Shown piece by piece: positions 27,291 to 40,072 of a stretch of DNA of 64,000 nucleotides; the stretch's first letter is position 1; every line of letters begins with the position of its first letter. Below the pieces are notes generated by a model, which was not told the DNA's origin, did no database searches, and saw only the letters and a list, made by a program, of their open reading frames with translations. The DNA comes from Takakia lepidozioides (Eukaryota > Plantae > Bryophyta), in assembly GCA_030704615.1 (NCBI GenBank), contig CM060732.1:19778001-19842000 (forward strand), given 5' to 3'. The translations under genes and the position numbers were made by a program.

Positions 27291-27959
27291 AACACTAGAG
27301 ATGTCACGTGGTCTGTGACTAACACGTGTTGGTCATGTAGATTTTATAATTTATTAAATATTATTTAATTGTAAATGACTAATTCAGATATTAAATTAAA
27401 TTGAAATTGAAATTGAAATTTAATAAACCATGTGGAGCTCTCATAAGCACAACAATTGGCAAAGAGGAAAGGCCAACCCTACTGGCAGTTGCAAAGAGTG
27501 GCAAAAAAAGATTCTACCACCCACCCTGTTGCATAGATTGGCAGAAGCTGCAACAATATGATACAATATGAAAGACACAACTACAATCAAACATGTCATC
27601 CATAGAAACACCACAACAACCTCAGAGGACATTGCACCTTCGAACGATATTGGAGGTTAATACATCAGACACTGACATGGTGTTCGAACCAGTCCGCCTA
27701 TATATATTCCCAAAATATACTTCATTGTTCAAGCACGAGAAATCCCAAGAGGAACTGACGAAAACCCCCTGAGAAACATCGGGGTACAAGCAACCAGCTA
27801 GGATAACACACATACAACGGCCATCACATTTGCATTCTACCCCGAGAGTGAGGCCAGCCAAATGAGCACATGCCTTCATATGTGTTCACTCTCTAGACCA
27901 GCAGGAAATGGGAGCTTGACAAATGTATAGAAATGTGGGAAACCTTGAGTTGGTGACCA

Positions 27960-28400
27960 TGTGCTTCACCCCTTCTCCCATCATTCATAGGTCTCCAAAG
28001 CCTGCATCCCGCGCCCCTACTGTGCATACCCTGCAAGCATCGCGTTCCATGACACCACATCTCGTTCAGCTATAGTGTTGAACTCTCCTTTCGCATCCTC
28101 AATGCTCCCACATTTGGCATACATGTCCACTAGAGTAGTGTGCAGGATGAGTTCTGGTACAATTGCAGATTTGATGATGTCACCATGGATCTCTTGGTCC
28201 TTTTCTAGGGTTGCCAGGCTCGCACACGCATTGCAAACGCACACAAACATTATATGGTCGGGCTTCACCCCTTCCCCCATCAGTTGCTCATAGGTCTCCA
28301 AAGCCTCCATCCCACGTCCCTGCTGTGCATACCCTGCAAGCACTCCACGATACCACATCTCGTTCAGCCATAGTGTTGATCACTCCCTTGCATGCACCCA
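27960..28400 (-). pseudogene. PLS-class PPR gene fragment
   Basis: ERDVVSW, GYAQQGRGMEAL...GVKPDHIMFVCVCNACA, LVDMYAKCGSIEDA; stops and frameshifts; similar to 14803-15145. Confidence 0.88.
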
Positions 28401-28429
28401 CATTTGTCATACAATATGTCCAGTACCAG

Positions 28430-28580
28430 GGGTGTCCAAAATGACATCTGGTAATCTGACAGGCATTCACAACTGTCCCACCACTGACTGGGGTCAGAAA
28501 AGTACTCATTCCACAGCTTTGTTGTGCTAAGCATCGTGCCACAACATACATCGCTGTCCACCACACAATCTAAGCACACA
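28430..28580 (-). repeat. Probable LTR remnant of the DNMT-gypsy family
   Basis: Shares GTGGACAGCGATGTA and flanking similarity with the LTR at 52234-52495; correct side and orientation. Confidence 0.5.
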
Positions 28581-28988
28581 ATCCTAGAAAGCTATACCAC
28601 AATGAGAAGAGATGAGAAATGAGAGAAGTAGAAGACAATGAAAGCTCTCAAAGCATGAAGCAATCACATGAAGAACAAGCCCTAGTCCTTCCAAGTGAAA
28701 TCCACTCTATCACATAAACTAAGTCAAGCCAAGGGCACCTTTGCAAAAGGAATCCACCCTACAAAGCCCTCAACACACTCCCTCTCAATACCTAGAGCTA
28801 TAGAGGTGAGAGAAGCTCATGGAGGCTCAACTACAAGAAGATGAGCCTCCTCAACACTCACAAGGGGAAAACCTATCTCCATGTCTCAAGTGAGGCTCGA
28901 CACCTCACTTGGCATGTGAGACCAAATGAAGTCCCAACACACAAAATATAAATATAAATATCTAAAGCAGACCCACACAACATGCACC

Positions 28989-30848
28989 TCAAACTTGCAG
29001 GTACCACTGCCAGGTTTGGGTCAACCCTTCCATCAAAGGAAGGTGACATGGCGCGCAATTACGCACATGGTCCTTCCAAATCATGCCATCCCGACCCTCC
29101 AAGATCAGGACTCCTGAGGGCAACACCTCTCGAACCCTCAAAATAGTACGTCCTGCAGTCACATCCAAGGTCGTAGGAGCAGTCTGCTGGAGATAAACAT
29201 AGTCACCCGGGTTGAATCTCCGATAGCCCCCACCACGTATGGTAGCATACCTCAACGTATCACGATGTTGTGCAATGGCAAGGTTCTCGAAAGCCATGGG
29301 CATGACTTTCTTGAACAACTCTGCACGCTGCTCACATGCACGTGCCCACACGTCCGGATCGTCAAGGTTAAGAACTGTAGCAGCTTCTCTGCGAATGGAT
29401 GTAGGCAAATCCGGCTCTCGGCCAAAGAGAAGAAAGTATGGTGAGAAGGAGGCAAGTGATGCTTGCTTGCTGAACCTGTAGCCCATGGCTAACCAGGGTA
29501 ACTGAAGGTCCCAATCTCGTAGGTGTCCATTCTGCAAGCCATACTTGCGCAAACCCCTCTTTACTGTCTGAACAACTCTCTCTGCCAAGCCATCGGCCTC
29601 ATGATGATCCCGAGAAGTGGTGCGGTGGTCTATCAAGGCCTTGTCACACAAAGCCTGAAACTCCCCCAAGAACTCTCTCCCTTGGTCCGTGAGTACCTTA
29701 GCTGGAGCACCGAATCGGCTAAGCACACAATCCAAGAATGCATACGCAGCTCCCTCACTAGCCTTATCAGGCAATGGAACCAATTCAATCCACTTGGAGA
29801 AGTGCTCTACCATCACCAACACGTACTTGTTGTGGCGCATGGTCAGTGGCAACGGCCCTGCGAAGTCAAGACTCCACCTGTAGCCCAATCCCATGATCGG
29901 AAGAGGGTGCAATTGTGGAGTAGGGGCGTTGAATGAAGCACGCACCCTGTCACACACCATGCACCTAGCCACAAATTGTTGCACCTCTGTGTGCATACCA
30001 CGCCACCAATACTGCCCCTGCAGTAGACTATGAGTGCGTCGCACCCCAAAATGCCCCAACTCCTCATGGGCATGCCGCACTAACCGTGTCCGCTGTGTTG
30101 GGTGAGGCACAATCCTCACTCTACCATCCTCCCACACTCGGAGCAGGTGTGTCCCCTCCCACTTGAACCTCTTGGCTCGTTGTAGGATCCGATCCCTCTC
30201 CTTGGCAGTCACAGTGGCTGCAGTGTCTCCAGTGCGGAGGTAGTCCAACACAACTGAATCCTCATGTATATCTTTGGCGCCACCTTGCTCATTGCTGGCC
30301 TCAGGGTCCTCAGACACTTGATCTACAGTCATCTTTGTTGCAGGTCCAACCTGGCCTTCCGCTGCCAAGATACACAGAAATGCAGATGCAAGCCATCCGG
30401 GCACCATCTCCTCGTCCGTCTCACCATGCCACCGAGCTCCAGTGTTATCCTGCTGGCTCGTGCATGGATTGCAACTCAACCCATCTGCATTGCGATTGAC
30501 CAAACCCGGTCGATGCACCACCTGAAAGTCATACTCTTGAAGGATGAGTGCCCACCGTACAAGCTTCCCCGTAAGCTTGTTTGACTCCATCAACCACTTG
30601 AGTGGTTGGTGATCCGTGACAAGGGTGAAGAGATTGCCGTATAGATAGCACCTGAAGTGTGCCACGGCCCACACTGCAGCTAAGCATTCTCCCTCATATG
30701 AGCTATACTTAGACTCTGCAACGTTGTTCGAGCGGCTAGCATAAGCCACTACAAACTCTCTTCCCTCATCATCCACCTGTATGAGCACCGCTCCAAGCCC
30801 TTGCATGCTCCAATCTGTATGCAACTGAAAAGGACGCCCCCTGATAGG
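28989..30848 (-). pseudogene. RNase H and integrase of the DNMT-gypsy
   Basis: HTDWS, YEGECLAAVWAV, TDHQPLKWL, AHEELGHFG...CMVC, DDE core. Confidence 0.93.
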
Positions 30849-31802
30849 TCATCTCAAGATGGGCGCCGAGGTCAACCTCGCCTTGAGCTCTTGAAAAGCT
30901 TGTTCTTGCTCATCTTCCCACTGCCACTCCTGGTCCACCTTGGTTAGCTTGGTTAGAGCCTTTGCAATGGCACTAAATCCCTTAACAAACCGTCTATAAT
31001 AGTTTGCTAACCCCATGAAAGCTCGAACTCGGCTCACATCCGTGGGGCGTGGAACCTGTGCAATGGACTCTACCTTATTTTGCTGTACCCCCAATCCTCC
31101 AGGATATATCATGTGACCCAGATACTCAATCTGGTTGTGGAAAAACTTGCACTTTCCCGGATGTAACTTCAATCCGTGCGCCCTCAAGCGCTCAAATACC
31201 CCCTGAAGGTGTCTCTCATGCTCTTCCACCGTAGCACTAATGATGATGATATCATCTATGTAGCACCGAGCAAACTCCACCCCTGCTAGAATCCTGTCTA
31301 TGACTCTCTGAAACTCTGCCGGAGCGTTCTTAAGCCCAAATGGTAAGAACCGCCACTGGTATAGGCAATCCTTCCCGTGCTCATTGATCCCCCAGAATGC
31401 CGTCTTTTGCTTATCCGCCTCCTTGATCGGCAACTGGTGATATCCGGATCGTAAATCCAACGTGCTAAAGACCTTGGCATGCCCAATGGCATCAAAGATC
31501 TCCTCTGGTGTTGGCATGGCATACCTATCGGACTTGGTCTGACGATTTACAGGCCGGTAATCACCGCACATGCGTCTCTCCATCCAATTGCCATAGACAT
31601 CCTTCTTGGTTGGCATCACTGTGGCTGAAGCATACTCTCCCCCAGATAGCTCCACCAAACCAGCCTCCCAAAGGTCCTGAGTTCTCATCTGAATCAAGGA
31701 CCTCTCCATGTCACTGTATCTATAGGGTCTCCAAAATATTGGCGTGTCAGTAGCCAATTCAATGCGAATCTCTTGACCCTTCAGTGCTCCTAAGTCCTTC
31801 AA
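30849..31802 (-). pseudogene. Reverse transcriptase of the DNMT-gypsy
   Basis: [41 protein letters not shown]. Confidence 0.95.
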
Positions 31803-32259
31803 ACTGAAGGCAAAGCAATTCTTGTAAGCCCTCAGGAACCACCGTATACGTCGTCTCTCTCCTCCGGTGACAATGGGTCCAATGTCAGGCTCCCAATTGT
31901 CCTCTGTAACTGCAACCTTAAGTCCAGTGGGCTTAGAGGTAGAGGATGCGTCCCGTGGTTGCTATGCCGCAACCTCTTGAGCAGTACTCCCTGCCTGCTC
32001 AGTCAATGACAAGGCCTCATCCTGCCCCATCATCTCATCCTTGAGGACCTCATCAACCCGAGAAGAATCCCCAACCTCATCCATCACAGCTGCCTTGGCT
32101 GCCAACTCCTTCTGAACCTCGAGCACCTCCCACGTGTGCCATGGATGCGGCCTGCACCTCGTGGTCCTCACCTGCTCGCCCCCACTCGCTGCCTGTACCG
32201 TCTCGGTATGCAGGGAGACCATGAAGGGAAGTGTACTCCGTACTCTGCGCTGCTCGGCC

Positions 32260-33215
32260 ATAGCCAAGCTGATAATCCAGGTCAAGCAATTGAGATCCAT
32301 TGCTTGCCCCAACACCTGATGACGTGATGCCTCAGAAAGAGATGGCACCGCCGTGGTACCAGTGGTAAAACCCATTGCCCGCTCGCGCTCGTCAGCATTG
32401 GGCTCCACTAATTGTTGCAACTGGCTATCCCACAAGATGCCAGGTCCACCATCCCGAAAAACATGGGATCCTGGGAAGCTGAGCAGTGTAGGTAATGATG
32501 CTCGTGGTTGACCCACCCTGTTGACCACTGCCAAAGGCGAACGGTCATCGTGTCTCATACGTTGAGACTGCCTCCCTGTGTCCAAAATGCTATCCACTGT
32601 GAGGTGTGCTGGCCGCTGCACCCCATCAAATGCATGCTTGAGCAGTGCGGGTGGCATCAAATTAGTCCACCATAGCCGTGGACGATGAGCCCGTGACCCC
32701 ACTGCAGCTGCATCCAGCAACACTGCTGACCCAAGCCACGACCGGACTTGATACACACTGGCCATCACCCTGGCCCGAGAATCACCCATCAGTGGCACAT
32801 TCTCCAAGATGAATGCTGGAGATACAGCTTGATGAAGCTACAAGTGACGCAAAACCCCGCACCATCTCCCAAAATAGACCCGTCCTTGAGTCTCGCAATC
32901 CATTGTCATGCCCGGCTGATGAATGCCCTTGGCAGGGCCAACCTGCCACTACCAGATCAATGGAGCCAACCCGCTCCAAATCCTGCGCCCCCAGCAACGA
33001 AATGTCTGCTGGCAAGGCTTGTTGGTATCCACGAACTGCAGACACTGGCAACAAATCAGGATACTGCTGTACCAACTGAGCAACATGGCGCAGTGAGACG
33101 CGTCGTGCAGTCTCATCCCTCTCCACATACAGGTAACGTCGAACTCGTACACCTGCCTGCAGTACTGCAGCCAATCCAGTGCTGATTCCGCCAAACAAGT
33201 CCAGAAGGCATATGC
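32260..33215 (-). pseudogene. C5-cytosine DNA methyltransferase domain inside pol
   Basis: Motif I LLDLFGG, II YVE, IV AGWPCQGHS, VI ILENV, VIII HRPRLWW, IX ERERAMGF, X VLGQAM, in canonical order; one frameshift (~32855) and one TAG. Confidence 0.93.
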
Positions 33216-34164
33216 CTTCATCCGGGCACTGCCACACAAGAGGTGTGGTGTCCAATGGCGACAACTGAGGTGGTCCTGGTGCAATCACCGCACTCTCATC
33301 TTCTCCTGACGGTACGAAGGCCTCTACCCAGGCTTGTTGTACCCGTCCATCAGCAGCCTGCTGCAAATTCTTGCTCGTACCCCATAATGGAGTGTGAGCA
33401 ACCATGGCAGGCAACTCCGCCATACCATGCATGTCATCCTGCTCTGCTGGAGGTGACACATCCTCTGCATGGGCATTGCCTTCCAGCAACTCTCCAGGCC
33501 AACTAACTGCAGCTGTAAAGGCGGCTAGTGTTGGCATCTTGCCCCGCTGGGCAGCCACAATACCCCCAATGAATGTCACAGGGAGCTGTGCACGACAACC
33601 ATCCCCTGACTGCCATCCAGGCCTGTAGGATGCTAACTCCTCCCAAAAGTCCAGGGTGAAGCCCATGGGATATAACACTGTCCCACCAACAAGGACATCG
33701 TAAGAGACCGCGTCTGTCACAATGGCCTTGACTCGCATCACTGAGCCATCTACAGGATGATCTGGTTGTAGTCCAATGGCCAACTCACGCCGTGTCATGC
33801 CCCGAGCTCTGATCCTCCCAGAGATGTGTGTTTCTGGAAATGACAAGGCTCCATATCCGCCTCCATGAGGCCCAAACCGTCCCTATGTTCATTTGTTCGT
33901 ATCAGGACTTTGTCCATCCCTTCCCGGTCTTTTCTCTTGGCACCCCATCCGAAAACAACCCAAGTACATCAGGCGGGAGCCGTGGGTGAAACGCCGCCCC
34001 CACGGTACCGGACGATGATGACGATGACAGTGATAGTGACAGTGACAACAACAATGAGCATGGAATTAACCAGGAGGATGTGCACGCCATGGAGGATCTC
34101 TTAATGCATCATGTGAAGTTGGGAATCCTTCTGCATCATGACTTTCACATCATACAGATCTTAG

Positions 34165-34938
34165 GTGTTACCGGCTCCCAGGCGGGATGGTCCACCTCCT
34201 GCTCCTGAGGGAGGAGATATGGGAGGCATGGGATTCATGTGCGGAGCAGCACTACCACTAGTGCGGGTGGAGTCTGCTGCAGCCGTGACTCGAGGAGCAG
34301 CACGAGTTCCTGAGCCACGAAGTGCAGAGGTGGAATTGGATCCACAGCGTGGGGAGGCAAGCCGTCAGGCGAGGCTTCCTCAGTCATTCACATTGGCGGA
34401 GACAGTGTCGACGCCATCCATGGCACCTAGTTCTCGCCCGACTGTTACCGAGGCGGAGGTTACTATGCCATTGGGGAGAGCTACACGTGCAGCACTGACA
34501 CCTGCTACCAAGGCTAGTGCAACCGGTGTAATATTGGGGGCAGCCACCTCTGTGTGTCAAGCCCCACTGTTCTCGGCAACCATGATTGCGACGCCGGGGG
34601 TAAGACCAGCTGCAGTGTTCAGACTAGCAGCAACACTCTGCGAGAGTGGGGAGATCACTTCATCTTCTGCGGAGTTACTGGAAGGTGTAGTGGCAGAGGG
34701 ATCCTCGGATTTGAGGGTCAAGACTGCCACGGCTGCGCCATGGCAAGCTGCAGCTGCCAGGTTGACGGAGTTGCCAGCTAGGCCAGCCTTTGAGCGCGCC
34801 ATGGTGACACCTGGAGTTGTCTTGTTAGACAACCAGGGAGGCATTTTCACTTTGAGTGGACCGGCAGGCAAGAAGCACCGGCCATTGCGGGTCTTGTTGG
34901 ACTTAGGAGCTCAGCCACTGATGTTGGGCAGAGCTGCT
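34165..34938 (+). pseudogene. Gag-pol linker and N-terminal half of the aspartic protease, probably the same gypsy family
   Basis: AAAVTRG linker motif; ends RVLLDLGAQPLMLG (degenerate D-S/T-G-A), then breaks abruptly into AT-rich DNA. Confidence 0.65.
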
Positions 34939-35912
34939 AATGTGTCATTGCAACCATTTCATTATAAGCGAAATGCAAACAACAACCTTCAATGTGTGTG
35001 TGCATCAAATATGTCATTCAATAATTATATGTATGTGCGCAACGTACACGCATGCAAAATTTCAAACCCAAACAAAATCATTTGCCCCCCCAATGACGCA
35101 TTCACCCTATCAACCAATTTTGGTTTATTAATGTGAAAAAAAATCCTCTCATGCCATTGCACCCAACAAACGGATGTGGCTCAAGCTTCATTTTTTCCTA
35201 CATGTGCTTAAATATGTGTGCAACACCTGTACAAAGATCCAGCAGGGTTAAAAATTATTATTTAAATATATATATATATATATATGCCTCCCCAACGACG
35301 CACTCACCCTTGCACCAATTTTGAATTAAATCGAATTTAAATTAATTTAAAATAAATATTTGCATTTAGAAAATATATGATTGCGGTTTTGAGGGGCGTA
35401 CTGATTTTATTTTTAGCTCTTTTTTGTTCTGTGACATCAAGCTTTGCACCACTACATCCATGCAAAAAATGGGACCAAAAAAAAATGGAAAAAAAATAAG
35501 TGTGTTTCTAGGGTCACTTTTGCAGAGCTCTCTATGAAGAGTGCATGAAGTTGAAGATAACTCAACTTTAGAGTGCAAATGAGAGAACAAAATCTGGTTA
35601 TGGGTCCAAATGACTTTTGTTTACTCCCAAATTTTTCACGCACATTGCATATGCTATCATTAAGCATATGGCTTGAAAATGGAATAAAAAAAAAATCATC
35701 TGCAGACGAAACACAATTTTCCGTCTCTATGATACGTAGCTGCGTTCAACACTAGAATGACCCATTGAATCAACTTGGTTCAAGCTCATATTTGGTCCAC
35801 ATGTGCATAAGTATGTTTAGATCACATATGCAAAGTTGCAACCCACACGAACAACAATTTTTTTTACATCAATCGATTAATCGGATGTATACAAAGTACA
35901 TCATGAGAATAT

Positions 35913-37573
35913 CTACAATGCCCCTCTACGCGATCCCTGTCTCAAAGGACCCCTTTTTCTATTATACACATCACACTCACGCTGTAATCGGAGGTCCCAA
36001 TCATCCTGGGAGAACTCGTATGATGCAAATAGTTCGCTGCCAGCCCTAATAGTCCTACTAGCACATGCCATCACAAACATGTGCATCCCCTCACAGTATA
36101 CTGACGTATGACCACAATAGCTCTTATGCCCATCGCTTCGCTCGTCCCATACTACATTGGTTCTCCTAGGATGACCAAAAGAACTATTGACCAGCCCAGC
36201 AACATTGCCGAAGATGTCGGGGTCACCATCACAAAATCTGATCTCAATGGCAGTCAACCCCCGTCTACGTACATCCTGTCCGTTGACACACAAAATGTAG
36301 GGTAGGATGTATGGGGCTTCGAGGCGTAATGTACGGAACTCCGCGGAGGTGTAGTATGGACCGTAGTAGGGAAACAAGTCCACCATGTTGTTTCTCCGAG
36401 GAGGAACCACAATATCATTGACCGTGAATAAACCCCGACCCATAGCAGGGTCTGTAGCGACTCTCACAACATACCGTCTCCCCCAATACTCGAACTCCAC
36501 ATTTTCTCGGATGGGGGTGGGAGGGTCGAGATGATTCCCCCAACAACGAGGCTGGACGGTCCTCAATAACATAGTCCTATGCGCTTCCCATCGGGAGCAA
36601 AGATCCGGCTCAGGCCGCCCAAGCCGAAGGGGAGGAAACCTAGGGCGAAGCCGACCCCTCCTAGGGGTTCGGGGGGCACATGCACGTGGAGGTGGAGGTG
36701 GAGGTGGAGGTGGTACTGCTGGCGGAGGAGATGAAAGTGGAGGTGGTTGAGGATGTAATGTCGGAGGTGCAGCCGGGGGTACAACGTCCGGATCAGGTAC
36801 AACCGGAGGTGGATCAGGCAAAGAAACAGACGGGGGGGGGGGGGGGGGGCTGCTCGTCGCCGGCCATAACACCTATGACACCTACGATACCCCTCGACCC
36901 TACGCATCTCATCTACGTGCTGCTGGGGGAACCAACTGATTACATCGGGCACATGCTCTGGCACAAATTCTGCAAGTAGACCGACGCAAAATGCCTCCTG
37001 TGCAATGTGATTGCGAGCTTGGGCATCAAGTCGTGGCTGCAATGTGCGTAGTGAACGACGCATCAATACTTATGTCGTAATTTTGATTCATGTATGCTTA
37101 CCAATCATACTATATTATTAGATAAACCTAAATGTACCTTAAATGAATGTTAATGAGAGGGTGGGAAAAACATTCACCTTTGCCGCATCCGCAATCTTGT
37201 TCTTCTTGTAATGTTTTTCGATAACATGCGGTCGCCGCCTCGGTGGTCTGGTGCCGCCCGGCGGTATCCGTTCCCAACACTTAGTGCACCAACACTCAAT
37301 CCTGTCGGGGGGGTCAAAGGTGGACGTGGTTGGACGGGGTGGCCCGCGAGGGGGCAACCCGCGGCGCGCCCGACTCGATCCCGGAGTGTCAACATCCTCC
37401 GCATCACCTGAAATTTGGCCCCGGTCCCTTCTACGATTGTGCCCGGCAGCCTATATTGGATCAGGTGCAATGGGTGCCTCCTCGCCACGAAAAATGGTCG
37501 CTCTAGGGCCACAATCGATATATGGTACTACCTCCCCATCCTCGAGGGAGACGGGTCGATGTTTCCTCACCAT
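35913..37573 (-). pseudogene. Two-exon gene: Cys/His cluster, Pro-rich linker and SET domain
   Basis: ATG 37573; in-frame TAG 37451-37453; CWCTKC...H; phase-0 GT-AG intron 37037-37177; frameshift in the G-run ~36832-36849; SET motifs GRGLF, YYG, GNVAGLVNSS, ASRTIRAGSELFASY. Confidence 0.8.
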
Positions 37574-37984
37574 CCCATCCTAATTAACACACACCACCAA
37601 CACTTTCATTTCTCAAAAACCGTTGGCAAAAAAACCCTATGCCTCAGCCTCGGGGCTTTCAAAATTGGTAACCAAAGGCGGAGCATCCCTATGGTGCTAG
37701 AGCCCAAGACAATAAATCCTTCCTCTCGTTCTATCTTCAGGATGCTCACACTATGGAAAAATTTGTTGAGACCCAGCGCTTTGCGATTATCAGATTGAAC
37801 CACATTTTGGGTATGTGAATCCTAATTACACCATTTATCCTTTTAACCCCAAGACCCACAACCAGAACCACCAATCCAAAACCCAGCACCATAAAGAAAA
37901 GCAAACACCCTAACCCAGTACCATATGAAAAAATAAATAAAAACTAAGAAACCCAAAAGGCCCTAAACCCTAAATCCAGAATGG

Positions 37985-38215
37985 CCGGCCGTCGCCTCCT
38001 GCGACACCCTGGCGTCGCATTGGACGACAAGTTTTTTCTTATTTTTTAACTGGGGGTTGCACCCCGCGACGGACAGCCATCGCGGGGGGCGACGTGTTTT
38101 TTTATTTATGGGGCCGGGGGTTGCAAGAAACGACGGCCAGCCGTCGCAATTTTCATTTTTACATTTAAAAAAAGGGCAGGCGCAGGCATGCGACGGCCGG
38201 GCGTCGCATGTGGGC
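37985..38215. repeat. GCGACG...CGTCGC inverted motif cluster, typical of transposon subterminal repeats
   Basis: At least five short hairpin-type motifs, e.g. CGACGGCCAGCCGTCGC, separated by T-runs. Confidence 0.55.
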
Positions 38216-40072
38216 GCCGCACCTTTTTTTTTTCCCCTAAGTGCTTCAAGCATCTTTTTCCCCTCCCGTTTTCGTTTGTTCTTTGGGAGAGAGGTAGTTC
38301 AGAGAGTGGGGTTTAAGGTGGAGGAGAAACGCACCTGCTGCTGAGCCCGAGGTGGTCGCAAGGCCCCAAGGAGTTTGCCCCAACGCCGCTCCAACGCCCA
38401 AGGTAAGCACCGCCTCTTCCCTCACTTTTTGTCTTTCTTTCTTGCCCTAAGCACGGTCTGATGTCTCTCTCCCCTTTGTGGTAGGAACGTCGCGCAGAGG
38501 TGCGACCTAACGAGCTGAAGAGAGAGAGAGAGCCGTGGTGAGCGGGGGAGAGACGCCCTGTAGCGGCGGGGACCCGCGTCGCTAGCAGCCGCGACAGCAC
38601 CGCAGCAACTCGCCGCACCAGCTCGCTTCAAGCACCAGCAGCAACAGAGATACGTCAGGGAAATTGCACTCTCCCTTTCCTCTCTGCTTCTGTTTACTGT
38701 TCAAAGGTAGTCTTCCTGCCTAGACTTTAAATTTAGGTCTGGTGCCAAGAGTGGGATAGACCCTTGAGCGCATCCATGATGTCCTCCCCCATGTCACAGA
38801 CTGGAAACAGGTTCAGGGAAGTTTTCTTCCTAACTTCATTTTCATCGGACAATTTTTCTGGTAACAGACATGGCTTTGGACACTACACTCTCTAAGTCAG
38901 GTTTATCCAACAAGGTCAAGACTTGCGGGTCCAGATTCAGATCCTTGAGAATCTCTTTTACTCTCTTCTCTCAGGGCTCACCCTGTTTGACAGGGCGGTC
39001 ATGTTTCCAAGATATAGAGTCGATTAACTTAGGATATCTGGTGTTGGACATATGTTGCAGCTGAACCCACCATCTAACCTTGAATTTAGGGTGTCGGGAG
39101 CTTAAAAGAGAGCAGCACAGAAGAAAGGGACAGAGAGGGAGAGGGACAGAGGGACAGAGAGGGACAGAGAGAGGGAGTGAGAGGGAGACATCAGGGGGCA
39201 ACAAAGAAAAGAAAAGAAGGTGGGGGGGGGGGGGGGGTGTGACTGAGCAGCAGCTGCTGCTCAGTCACTCCCCCCCCCCCACATTCTCTGTTTTTCTTTG
39301 TTGCCCCCTCTCTTGGGGAAACAAAAGGGACAGATCCTACCTCTGTCAGGGGCTGACGTTGGTAGTAAGACTTACCTTCACATATAGAATTAATCCGGGT
39401 TTTCCATATATCCTCTACAAATCCCTTCACACAAGCATCAATCTGCTGTGTGTGAGTTGCCCAAAAACTAGGCCTCAGAAGGGTTGGGCTTTTGGCTCAG
39501 CCTCGACTTTTTCAAAGTTAGTAAACAGAGGTACATGCACAATTCCCTTGATAGATTTGAAGAGAGCGTCTCTTTGGTGAGAGAACCACGGACAGTGTAT
39601 CAGAAAATGAATAATGTCTTCAGGTTGCCCACAGACATGGTTGGACACTACAGCCTCTAAGTCAGATTTATCCAGCAGGGTGAAGACTTGCGGTTCCAGG
39701 TCCAAGTCCTTGAGAATCTCTTCTACTGTCTTCTACCAGGACTTAGCCTGTTTGACAGGTCGGTGGGCGGTCCTGTTTCCAAGATATAGAGTCGATTAAC
39801 TTAAGATATCTGGTGTTGGACATATTTTGCAGCTGAACCCACCATCTGACCTTGAATTTATCTCGTCGGGAGCTTAAAAGAGAGCAGCTGCTCAGACACT
39901 CCCCCCCCCCCCCCCACATTCTCTATTTTTCTTTGTTGCCCCCTCTCTTGGGGAAACAAAAGGGACAGATCCTACCTCTGTCAGAGGCTGACGTTGGTAG
40001 TAAGACTTACCTTCACATATAGAATTAATCCGGGTTTTCCAGATATCCTCTACAAATCCCTTCACACAAGCA

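Larger units (their letters stand above)
28966..33846 (-). mobile_element. Ty3/gypsy pol with an embedded C5 DNA methyltransferase: PR(C-half)-DNMT-RT-RH-INT-PHD(start), copy 1
   Basis: One ancestral frame broken by CAG/CGA-type stops and two frameshifts; YDVLVGG (PR), DNMT motifs, YIDD, TDWS...VAYASR, WSLDFAGPLP, TDQGREF, then RCMLCGSA. Confidence 0.93.

Noticed and set aside
32260-33215. Host DNMT gene or bacterial contamination
   Set aside because: Intronless, in frame with gypsy PR and RT, and present at the same position in a second copy.
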